The notes under the pieces are model-generated. The model was not told the DNA's origin and did no database searches. It saw only the letters and a program-made list of their open reading frames with translations. This document shows positions 23,183-32,830 of a stretch of 64,000 nt of DNA, in pieces. The translations under genes and the position numbers were made by a program. This DNA is from Macrostomum lignano. Taxonomy: Eukaryota. Positions within the stretch are counted from its first letter, which is position 1. Each line of letters begins with the position of its first letter. Where the stretch lies: positions 14,066 through 78,065 of the forward strand of contig NIVC01000498.1 of assembly GCA_002269645.1 (NCBI GenBank), read 5' to 3'.

Positions 23183-24367
23183 CTAGTTTGCATCGTTCTC
23201 TTTCCACTTGGTGCGGTACCAGGCCCAGTACCGGAGCGCCACCTCTGGATGCTCGTTGAGGTGGTGCAGCTCCGTGGGCCCGTCCAGCCTTCGCCTGATC
23301 TCCGTGGCCGGGCACTGACTGCTCACATGTACGACCGTTTCTTCTTCGGTCCCGCACGCCGGGCACATTGCGTCGGTGGTTCTGCCTATCCGCCGGCAGT
23401 AGGCCCTCAACTCCAGCGAGTGGCCCGTGCGGAATCGAATAAAGCTAACCGCCTCCGCCCTGTTCTTGTAGGCTGGGTGCCTGGCCGTACCGAGGTGGCC
23501 ATAGGTGTCTTTCGATCTTTCGTGCGACCAGTACCTGCTGTTCTGGCTGGCCGCCTTCGTCTCGGCTGCCAGTCGTCTGCGGACAACGCTCGCCAGTACT
23601 CCGGCCTCCGCCTGCGGCAGTGTCGTCGCGCCGCCGGCCACTTCGTCCGCGGCCTCGTTGCCTTCCAGACCGCAGTGGGCCGGCGTCCAGCAGAGCGCAA
23701 TCACTCGTCCGGTCTGGCAGGTCCTCGATAGCAGCTGGCGGATCTTTGTCGCGATCGGATTGCGGCCTCGGCCCTGCACTGCGAGGAGCCCACTCTTGCT
23801 GTCGGAAGCTATTAGCGCAGTTCTCCACGCCGGCTGCTCGCTGAGCCATTCCACCGCTAGCTCTAGGGCGGTGAGCTCGGCTTGCAGCGAGGAGGCCGGC
23901 TGCCCGGCTGCCCTCCGGATGCTGATCTGATCTCCGACCTGCTCTCCTGTTAGACGCCCGTTCCGATAGATGACCGCACCGCTGCCGCCGCCCTCCCTCC
24001 GCACCGATCCGTCCGTGAAGATAGTGATGTCCGGGTCTGGGCTGGCCTGGTTGATCTTCGCTTGGGCCATCTCAAGGTTTCCGGCGCGCGACTCTTTCCT
24101 GGCATCGTCGGTGGATACGAAGAAGCTGATGTTATCTCTCCAACTCTGCCACGGGGGGAGGTCCGACATGTCCTCTAGCCTAGCCACCTTGGCTAGACCG
24201 GTGTTGGCGAGACCCTTCCTGGCCTGGGCTCTCCAGCCCAGCCTCTTCAGCCTTTGCCGGGTCTGCTGGGTGCCGAGGCGGTATCTTGGCGAGCTGTGCT
24301 CGAGCCTGAGCCATCGGTCCAGTTTTGCGCTCCATATCACCTCGCTCTGCTCCCGGATCGACATCAT
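23183..24367 (-). CDS. E3 RNase H and CCHC knuckle
   Basis: FTDGS, SSLQAELTAL, ASDSKS, WTPAHCGLEGNEAAD, CPACGTEEETVVHVSSQC. Confidence 0.88.
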   Translation of the reverse strand: MMSIREQSEVIWSAKLDRWLRLEHSSPRYRLGTQQTRQRLKRLGWRAQARKGLANTGLAKVARLEDMSDLPPWQSWRDNISFFVSTDDARKESRAGNLEMAQAKINQASPDPDITIFTDGSVRREGGGSGAVIYRNGRLTGEQVGDQISIRRAAGQPASSLQAELTALELAVEWLSEQPAWRTALIASDSKSGLLAVQGRGRNPIATKIRQLLSRTCQTGRVIALCWTPAHCGLEGNEAADEVAGGATTLPQAEAGVLASVVRRRLAAETKAASQNSRYWSHERSKDTYGHLGTARHPAYKNRAEAVSFIRFRTGHSLELRAYCRRIGRTTDAMCPACGTEEETVVHVSSQCPATEIRRRLDGPTELHHLNEHPEVALRYWAWYRTKWKENDAN

Positions 24368-24711
24368 CCCGCTTTCGCAGCGTAGGGCCTCAACCGGGTG
24401 GTGGCGACCGCGCCGGTAATGATGCGTTCCGCGCTGTGCTGCACCACTTCGAGCTTACGCCAGGCCGCGCAAGTGAGCCACGGCATCCAGGCGCAGGCCC
24501 CATACAGCATCTTGCTCCGGATGAGGGCAACGTAGGTGTTGCGGATCAGCTCGGCCTGCCAGCCCCAAGAGCTGCCTGCGAGGCGCCGCATTAGGTTGAG
24601 GCGGTTCCGGCAGCTGTGGATCACATTGTCAGCGTGCGCTGTGAACCTCAGCTGTCTGTCAAACGTAAGCCCGAGGAACTTGGGCTGCTCAACCCATTGC
24701 ATCGTCTGCCC

Positions 24712-27240
24712 TTAAAGCACGACGTTCGTGGCACCGGCCCTCTGCGGGGTCATCGCCGGGTCACTGGAGAAGAGGGTGAGCGAGCATTTCCCCGTGGCAA
24801 CCGGTAGCAGCCATGCTTTGCTCCAAGCCTCCAGGGTGTCAACCGCCTTCTGCTGGGTGGACAAGGCCTCCACTACTCTTCTGCTGCTGGTCCAGGTGGC
24901 TAGATCGTCCGCATAGCCGCTCACCTGCAGGTCCGGGATAGCGTCAAGTTGCCTGAGAAGGTCATCGATGAAGACGATGAAGAGCAGCGGCGAAAGCACG
25001 GATCCCTGCGGCAGCCCTTGCCGGAAAAGTTCCCGCTTGCTGTCCACGTCGCCGACCCGGACGCACGCCAGCCTGTTCGCTAGCCAGCTCTGTATCCATC
25101 TGACCGTTTTTGGGCCAATGCCAGCTTTAAGCAGCTTGATCAGCAGCCCGTCACGCCAAACCTTGTCGAACGCGCGCGCAAAGTCGAACAGCGCCAGAAC
25201 CGTTAGTTTTCGCTCTTGGAAGGCGTCGTCAATCGATTGGGACAGCCGGAGCAGTTGATCCTCCGTGGACCTGCCCCCTCTGAACCCCGCTTGCGCTTCG
25301 CTGAGACCGCCGGTGGACTCCAGAACATGCTTGATTCGGTTCGCAAGCACCCGTTCCATCCACTTACCTAAGCTGGAGGTTAGGCTAACCGGGCGGTAGG
25401 ATCCTATGTCCTTGGCGGGCTTTCCGCTCTTAAGAAGAGGTATGATGCGGGCCGTGCGCCAGTTCTGCGGCGTGAAGCCGCAGTCATACAACCGGTTAAA
25501 CAGCTTCAGGACCTCTTGGAGCGCTTCACGGGGGAGCGCCTTCAGCAGCTTCGGGTGCAGTCCGTCCATTCCGGCGGCTCTGTTGGCGTCCATGCTTTGC
25601 AGCGCTGCTAGCAGCTCGTCCATGGTCATGGCTTGACAGTCCTCGGTGGTGGGGGTAGCGGCGCTTTGTCTCAGCCGGGCGTTAATTTCTCTGCGTGCCC
25701 ATCTGTGACTGGCCCTAACGGTGGTGGCGCTGACCTTGGCGTATACCTTCGCAATGATGTTGGCCTTGGCTCTGTTCGACTTGTACCTTTTGCCTTCGTA
25801 CTCCAGGATCTGGTCCCCGCTTTGGGGGGGCGTCGCGCCGTTCAGTTGCTTCAGCAGCGACCACATCTTGTCCGCCGTCGCATTGCTATCCAGCTTGTCC
25901 CTCCATCGATCCCTCTTATTCTCCTGCTGTTTCTGCTTGATCTGCCGGTCCAGGTGCTTCCAGTCCTCAGACTCGATACCCTCACTCATTCTGATGTTGT
26001 CTCTCTCCGCCGTCAGGAGCTGGACTTCCTCGTCGATGAACTCAGCGTTCCTGGTTTTCCTGGCCACCATGCCCACAGCCTTGCGGGCCGCCTTCACCAG
26101 GCACGTTCGCAGCTGTTCCTCATGCTCCGAGTTGCTGAGAGCCATAAGGTTCGCGCTCTTTAGGTGCTCTCTGACCAGACGCTGGTACAGCGGCCAGTCC
26201 GCCTTCTTCCAGTTCCAGCGCATGATCTTCCTGGTGCTGGGGACCGGGTCTGCGTTCTCTGCCCTGCGGCTGATGATGATCGGCAGGTGGTCGGAGCTTA
26301 ACCTGTTAGCTGTCCGCCATTCCCACTGGTCTAGCTCCGCTTGCGGGACTATGGTCACGTCCGGCGAAGACCTGTGTTCACCGTCCCAGCTGGTTCGGGT
26401 GGTGGATCCATCGTTCAGCGCCGTTAACATCTGCTCGTCCATCCAGTCGGCGAGCTCCTCGCCTCGCCTGTCTCTGGGGAGTTGTTGTCCCACAGCTCAT
26501 GGTGTGCGTTCCAGTCGCCGGCCAAGAGCAGGTTCTCGCCGCCTGGGATTTGCGCCAGCTCGGCTGCTGCCATGTAGCACGTGGCTTGGGGCGGGATGTA
26601 GATGTTGATCAGCAGCAGTTGTTCTAGACCTTGCCCGCTGTTTGCTTCAAAGTATAGCCTGACGCCTAGCATTTCTAGCGGCGAGTTGGTCACTGGCGCC
26701 TGTATCCTTTCGAACCGCAGCCCGTGTCTGATGATGGTCACCAGGCCTCCCCCTCTCGCGCTGTGGTGTTGCCTGTGCCGGTTGCGGTCCGCACGTAGCA
26801 CCGTGTAGCCTGGCCAGGCTAGCAGCTCGTCCTCGGCCTTCAGCTTGCTCTCTTGCAGCATAATGACATCGGCATCTTGCTGCCTCACGAGCTCTTTGAG
26901 TTCCGGCTCCTTGGCCTTGAAGTGGTCACAGTTCCATTGTATGATGGTGATCTTGCTGGTCTTCGGCTCTCCGCTGCACCCTGCCGGCCTCTGTTGTCCG
27001 TCCGCTATCTGTGCCTGACCAGCGGCGGGTGGTGGGGGTGGGAGCGCTGTGCCTTTTGGCATGGCTGCGGCCTCGTGGGCGCATTCGTTGCATGTCCAGC
27101 CCCGGTGTTTCAGACTTTCGATTTGCCTCCGGGTGTAGGTCCTGTGGCAGCAGGACCAGTGAACCTTCTTGCCGCAGTTCTTGCACTCAGCCCCTTGTCC
27201 TCTTCTCCTGAATCTCTTGCATTCCGCACACCGGCCTGCC
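24712..27240 (-). CDS. E3 third PHD, APE endonuclease and RT (frameshift near 26490)
   Basis: ORFs 26424..27062 and 24712..26493, plus upstream in-frame CAECKR..CKNCGKKVHWSC..WTCNEC. Confidence 0.85.
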
Positions 27241-27277
27241 CTCTCAGCGGCGAGCGGTCTCTCCGAACTGTTCCGGG

Positions 27278-28528
27278 CTAGGCTGGGCCGTTGGGGTGGT
27301 TCTGTCTCCCCGGTGTTATCGGCTGTTCTGCTTCTGTTGTTGGCGGCGCAGGGCTGGCATATCCAGCTAGCTCCTTCGTCAGGTCTCCAGCGCGAGATGG
27401 TCGTGCAGGCGCGATGGAAGACACGGTGACATTGTGCGCACGGGGTGCCGCTGTGGCCGGCCCTGATCTTGCGATCGCACTTGCCGCAATAGCTCTGCTC
27501 TGCCTCTGCGGGGCCACCTGGTCGAGCGTCGGGGTTCCGCCGGATTTTTTAGTTTTAGGATTGGGTGGCGGATTCTCCCGGCTGTCCTCGACTTCGGTGA
27601 GTCTCCTCCCCACCGGCGAGTTGATGGTACTGGTTTGCTCCTCTCCGAGCCTCTCCAGGCCGCTCCTATTCGCTGTCACGTCCTCGTCAGCCCTCGGTAT
27701 TTCGATGCTAACTTCCGCAGCTCCTGCTGTCCGGCCTTCCATCCCGTCCAAGGCGGCCGTGGCCATCTTCACCGCTTGGCGCAACCTCGCAGACATCGCC
27801 CCGCTGCACCCCGTACTCCTGTTGAAGGGTCTGATGTTGTCCTTCTTGATCCATGACGCCTGCCCAGAGCCAAACCAGCTGACCGGCACGTCATTGCTGC
27901 CATGCGCAATGCGGCTGAGTGCCGCTGCCGCGTCACACGCTTGCAGGCGCTCGGCCGGCCACCAGGCCCAGCCCCTGAGCTTGGCCCAAATGATGTTGTT
28001 CCCGCTTCTCGGGTCTTCCTCTTGCTTGTCCTGAGTCACGGTAAGCTTGCTCTTCGCGTCACTCGCCGTGCCACGCCCGCCTGGTTGCTTGCCCCACTTG
28101 GGCTTGTCCTCTCCTGGCATCCTGCCGGGCGTGCTGGCGGTTGGCCGGCTTCCTTGGCAGCATGGGCCTGTCCAGTCTCCAGCCTTCTCCGTCGCGTAGA
28201 ATCTACCTCTGGGCAGGCCGCTGCACTTGAGATGGAGGTGGTTTCCGCAGTCCTTGCAGCGTGGGCCCCGGCCCGTGGCTCGTTTGCAGCAGAGCCCACA
28301 TAGGGTGCTCCGAGCCATGGGTGGCCCCGGGTTGCTCTCAACGTCGCCTGCTCTGAGCAGCAGGGGCCTGCTGTCAACCTTGTAGGGCCTGAAGCCGCTG
28401 CCTTTTCCCCTGTCCGTGCCCATACTCCGGTGATGCGACCTGCTCCTCCGATGCTGGGTGTTCATATCTTGGATGTTCGGCTTCAGTATGCTTCCTTTCG
28501 TGCCTAGCCGTCCTCGACTAGGTTCCAC
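27278..28528 (-). CDS. E3 N-terminal region: 2A peptide, PHD finger, PWWP domain
   Basis: LLLRAGDVESNPGP; CGLC..CKDCGNHLHLKC..WTGPCC; IIWAKLRGWAWWPA..VSWFGSGQASWI. Confidence 0.85.
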   Translation of the reverse strand: MEPSRGRLGTKGSILKPNIQDMNTQHRRSRSHHRSMGTDRGKGSGFRPYKVDSRPLLLRAGDVESNPGPPMARSTLCGLCCKRATGRGPRCKDCGNHLHLKCSGLPRGRFYATEKAGDWTGPCCQGSRPTASTPGRMPGEDKPKWGKQPGGRGTASDAKSKLTVTQDKQEEDPRSGNNIIWAKLRGWAWWPAERLQACDAAAALSRIAHGSNDVPVSWFGSGQASWIKKDNIRPFNRSTGCSGAMSARLRQAVKMATAALDGMEGRTAGAAEVSIEIPRADEDVTANRSGLERLGEEQTSTINSPVGRRLTEVEDSRENPPPNPKTKKSGGTPTLDQVAPQRQSRAIAASAIARSGPATAAPRAHNVTVSSIAPARPSRAGDLTKELAGYASPAPPTTEAEQPITPGRQNHPNGPA

Positions 28529-28558
28529 AGCACACCGCTTGGCGGTATGGAAGCTGTG
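28490..28558 (-). ncRNA. Structured 5' leader of E3 with HDV-like nested topology
   Basis: CACAGC/GCUGUG encloses UUCC and hairpin AUACCGC/GCGGUGU; then hairpin CCUAGUC/GGCUAGG, CACGAA, and GGAA able to pair with UUCC. Confidence 0.45.
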
Positions 28559-29073
28559 CTGCTGCTGCTGCTGCTGCTGCTGCTGCGGAGCCGACTGGTA
28601 CTGGTTCTGCTGCTGCTGCTGCTGCTGCTGCGGAGCCGACTGGTACTGGTTCTGCTGCTGCTGCTGCTGCTGCGGAGCCGACTGGTACTGGTTCTGCTGC
28701 TGCTGCTGCTGCTGCGGAGCCGACTGGTACTGGTTCTGCTGCTGCTGCTGCTGCTGCGGAGCCGACTGGTACTGGTTCTGCTGCTGCTGCTGCTGCTGCG
28801 GAGCCGACTGGTACTGGTTCTGCTGCTGCTGCTGCTGCTGCGGAGCCGACTGGTACTGGTTCTGCTGCTGCTGCTGCTGCTGCGGAGCCGACTGGTACTG
28901 GTTCTGCTGCTGCTGCTGCTGCTGCGGAGCCGACTGGTACTGGTTCTGCTGCTGCTGCTGCTGCTGCGGAGCCGACTGGTACTGGTTTTGCTGCTGCTGC
29001 TGCTGCTGCGGAACCGGCTGGTTCTGATTCTGCTGCTGCTGCTACCGCTGATGATGCTTGATGCTGCTGCTGC
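28559..29073. repeat. Minisatellite block 4 (10 units plus variant units)
   Basis: Read directly. Confidence 0.95.
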
Positions 29074-29080
29074 TGCTGCT

Positions 29081-30240
29081 GTTGTTGTTGTTGTTGTTAG
29101 TTGGCCCAAACGCGCCCAGGATCCATGCAGAACCTGGCCAGCGCGACCAAACCATCAGGGTAATCGGACAAGTTGCTGAGGGAGAGCGGAGCTCCAATGA
29201 AGCGACGGCGGGCGGCCTCGAGAGCAGGGCACGCTGTCCAGTGCTCAAGGGTGTCTGGTTCGAGAAAGCACCTTTGGCACGTCGGATCCACCGTGGGGTC
29301 CATGAGGGCGCGGAAGGCTCCGAAGAGGCTGGAGTGGCCGGAGCGCAGCCGGGCAAGAAGGACAGCGTCTTTGCGGTTAGTAATAAGCCGACGTTCCTTT
29401 TCGGCGTCGGCGGAGGCATAGGTGAGACGAGATCTCGCGTGGGTGACCGGCTTGTCAACCAGAGTGCGGCGGATCACCGAGGCGGCAGTGGGAAAACTGA
29501 TGCTGGGGCGCGGTGCTTCATCGGCGTTGGCGGCAGCGGAGTTAGCAGCGCGGTCCGCGAGTTCATTGCCCGGAATGCCGACATGACCCGGGACCCACAG
29601 GAGAGCGCGGCAGTTGTGCGGGAAGCGGAGGGAAGAGGCCAGGCGGCTGAAGGGACGCTGAAGGGCGCGCAGAAGAGACTGACTGTCAGAGCAGATGATG
29701 GCAGGGCGCGTGGGGTGCGAGCGGAGGTAGTCGAGGGCTAGGACCAGAGCGCGGAGTTCCTCTTCAAAGGAGCTGGTGTAGCGGCTGCCAGCGGACGTGC
29801 GGGCTTCCACGGTCGTCGGGACTGCCGGGTCTCCGATGGTGACCACAGCGGCCGCCCCGCCAGCCTCGGAGCCGCCGGCCGCCGAACCATCGCAGTAAAT
29901 GACGAGCTCAGCCGGGTGAGACCGGATGACGTCGAGAGCGGCAAGACAGCGCTCCAACGGGGCGTGGTGGCCGGAGGCAAAGGATTGTCAGCTAGGATCG
30001 CCGGAAGATGTTGGTCCAGCCAGGGGCATGGGAAGGCCGGTGTGAGCGGCAGACGCGGCGTGAGATCAATGCCAAGGCCATTGGCAAGCTGAGCCGAGCG
30101 GAGTCTCCAGCTACTGCGGGCGAGCCGGTGTTGCACGGTGCCCGAGAGGGCGATGGCGCGAGGATGGTCGTTGGGCAGCCTGAGCGCGCGTTCCCTGGCG
30201 ATGAGGCAAAGGCGGTCGCTGGTGTTCCTGTAGCTGCCGA
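29081..30240 (-). mobile_element. 5'-truncated Ingi/I-type element E4 (post-RT region, RNase H, CCHC)
   Basis: (CAA)n tail. RERALRLP, IYCDGS, ICSDSQS, WVPGHVGIPGNELAD, CQRC..H..C. Flanked by a 76-bp direct duplication; the 5' junction lies between about 30215 and 30240. Confidence 0.9.
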
Positions 30241-31749
30241 TGCTGCTGCTGCGGAACCGGCTGGTTCTGATTCTGCTGCTGCTGCTACCGCTGATGATGC
30301 TTGATGCTGCTGCTGCCGCTGCGCAGTCAGCGCCGGGCAACGCCGGACTGGATGCGGCCCTGGCACTAAGGTAGCAGTAAACTGTTGAATCAGAGAGAAT
30401 TAACGTAACTATGAGTACATCAAACAAATAAGCTTGCAGCTCATAAAACAAATAGGGAAAGGAAATTAAACTTACTATTGTTCCTTGGCCGGCGCCCTCC
30501 ACGGCGCTGCCCTGAGTTTGAGTTCGTGGTGTAGTTGTTCACTATCTTCATACTCGTACGAGTATTTGCTGGCCGGTGCTGTTGCTTAGCTCAAGTATTA
30601 ATGACGAAGAAAACAAATACGAGCATAATCTCAGAGCTCTTGCCTCTTGGCTTGCCTCATTGCGATCTTTTATAGGGGCGCACGAGCGCAGAATTGAACC
30701 GGTGGGCCGGTATTTTTTGTTTGATTCGGTAATTTATTTAATTAGTCTTTAATGACTTTGATCCAGCAGGTGCAGCACGTATCAGATTTAAGTTTAAAAG
30801 GTGAGCTGCGAGGGAATTGAACACTGAGCTATATTGATCAGCTTTACAATGAGGCGACCTGCCGCTACTTCTTAAGCCGGTGGGTTTCAGAGCTAATTAC
30901 GGCCAGGTAAAAACGTAAAGATTGCCAAACTTAATTGATCAATTATCAAATTCAATCATGAATAAGTAGAAAAATTGGCTTTTAAATTTAATTGAGCAAT
31001 TATTAAATTAAATCATGGTCAGGTAGAAATGTTTAGCTTTCAAACTTAATTGATCTGTTATAAAATTTCAGCCGCTGCCCCACCCCAGCCTAATTACATG
31101 TACGAGCTACTCTAGCTGTCTGGTGCAGCTAATAAAATAAAAGATATTTTATTCGGATGATCTCAAAGTTTGTCTAGCTGCAACTCAAACCGTCTCCCAA
31201 CCTTTTTTATTTCATTTTTAAACTGCTATTTTCCAGTATTTTCTGTTCTCTTTGTAACAATGGCAACAGATACTACAACTGCTAAGAGCAAACTGAGCAT
31301 CGCAGCTCTTGTGCCCGGCCTGATGGACGGTTCTATAATCGGCCTGGTGTCCCGAGTGACGCAGCTAAAGAATTATACTAGCGCCAAGGGAAACCGCCAA
31401 GTATTTTCATTTGTTTTGGCTGATGGCCAGAATGAGATTCGAGTGAGCGTTTTCGGTCGCAACTTAAAAAATCACCACGACATGTGCCAAGACTCAACCA
31501 CTGTAAGAGTGTCTGGCGGTAGGGTGAAGCCTGCAAATCAGACCTACAACTGCACCGACAATGGCCTTGAAATAACTCTGTCAGTAGACAATAATGCGAC
31601 CCTCCTGGCGACCCAAGAGATCGTCAATCGGCCACCCGCGGTGTATAAAAAAATCGGCGACCTTTCTGCTCTTGCCATGAAGAATTAAGTGTTTAAAAAT
31701 ATTTCAAGGTTTTCATAATTTTTAAATTATTAGATACAGTCTACCGGTG

Positions 31750-32830
31750 CTAGGGTTTGCAATCCCGGGACTAGGATCAATGTCGGGATTGTCGGGATTT
31801 ACCCGGATCGATAGTCCCGGGATCACAAATTATCGGTATTCGGGATTCCGGCATCCGGGATAAAAATCTATGAATCCCGGGATTCTTCGGGATTTAAAAC
31901 CAATAATGTGCCTAAATTCTAGAGATAGAACGAATCCAATATGTTTCCGAACACGAATACCAAATCTAAATACCGAATATTCGGATTCATATTTTTTCGA
32001 GTACCAAATCCGAATAACGAATATTTCATCTCTACTAAATGCCCTTGACTATCTGTTCCTAATTCTGAGCTGCAGTACGGTTATGAGCAAGAGTATTTGA
32101 CTAACATTTCCGTTTAACACTATGCAAAATCCTACTGCTTTGTTTCCTCTCCTCTTTCTCTTCTTTCTCATCTCTCCTCGCTTCTCTCTTTCCTCTCTTC
32201 TTTCTCCTTTCCTCTCTCCTCTGTCTTCTCTCCTACTCCTTCCTTCCACTCTGCTCTCTCTGGAATTTTTTTTCTTGTCAGACCTGTCAGTCTCATCCTC
32301 TTATTCTCTATTTTTCTTTGATTTAGCACAAACTCATATCATTCGTAAACTGAAACCATTTTCCCACGCTATTATTTCTGATCGAACAGTGCAAGTTCTA
32401 ACGAAATCGGTTTAGCAGTTTTTTTTCAAAAATCGATCAGTCACACACACACACGCACAAAAATACAGAAATATTGAAATAAGAAATATTGATTGGACTT
32501 GTTGCGGCAGCATGTAGCTATAAAAAATAAAAAATAAAAACCAATCTGCAGATTACACAAGAAACCTAGAAAGTTACAATTCAACAAGTACAGCTACACT
32601 GTAGCTCATGAAATCATTTGCTATTGATTTAGTATTTCTGGCTTAATGTAGTTGGGAATTGATAAATCTCTACTGCGATCATATTCTACTCCAGAATCCA
32701 AGGATTAGTCCCAATATATCGAGATGAATTTTTTGGGATCTCGGGATTACGAATAACTCTGGATTTACCGGGATGGATAATCCCGGCATTATCTTTGGCC
32801 GGGAATTCCTAATCCCGATAATCCAAGGGT
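31750..32830. mobile_element. Degenerate hAT-like MITE rich in CGGGAT/ATCCCG motifs
   Basis: Left end tagggtttgcaatcccggga; clusters of subterminal motifs at both ends. The right TIR is not clean. Confidence 0.4.
31920..32034. mobile_element. 115-bp hAT-type MITE
   Basis: TAGAGAT..ATCTCTA termini, 8-bp TSD ctaaattc/ctaaatgc (7 of 8 match), internal CGAATA repeats. Confidence 0.65.

Larger units (their letters stand above)
23141..28558 (-). mobile_element. Full-length Ingi-type non-LTR retrotransposon E3 (2A, PHD, PWWP, 2 PHD, APE, RT, RNase H, CCHC), several frameshifts
   Basis: (CAA)n tail; inserted in the (CAG)n run. GDVESNPGP, IIQWNCD, LQESK, GDWNAH, SDHLPI, QGSVLSP, YADD, FTDGS, ASDSKS, WTPAHCG, CPAC..H..C. 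Confidence 0.93.
13012..30600 (-). pseudogene. Interrupted intron-containing polyQ gene that served as the LINE target
   Basis: Exon ending GGAACAATA|gtaagt (about 30474), acceptor cttag|TGCCAGGG (about 30365). Spliced frame is ..RRPRNNMPGPHPVRRCPALTAQRQQQHQ.., then (QNQYQSAPQn) repeats, ending PAPQQRQPVQPAQDDDDEMLLDV* at 13012. Frameshift and stop near 30300. Confidence 0.6.

Noticed and set aside
19011-23366. 1451-aa ORF as a single gene
   Set aside because: It begins in an off-frame of the E3 3' end, crosses the repeat, and after about 19480 is out of the E2 frame. Only 22900 to about 19480 is true E2 coding sequence.
28490-28558. Hammerhead ribozyme at the E3 5' end (GAAA core, stems)
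   Set aside because: CUGANGA is not present (CUGUGGA) and the UH site does not align; an HDV-like topology fits better.
28559-29073. CRISPR-like alternation of a constant 21-mer with short tracts
   Set aside because: The spacers are only (TGC)n, there are no cas genes, and the context is eukaryotic; it is a minisatellite.
18060-29179. Plus-strand ORFs with poly-Cys GADWYWF or poly-Leu repeats
   Set aside because: Shadow frames of the CAG minisatellite; only the minus-strand Q frame connects to a splice site and a plausible C-terminus.
13397-30304. Numerous plus-strand and off-frame ORFs overlapping E1-E4
   Set aside because: Expected antisense and alternate-frame openness of GC-rich LINE coding sequence; no recognisable motifs.
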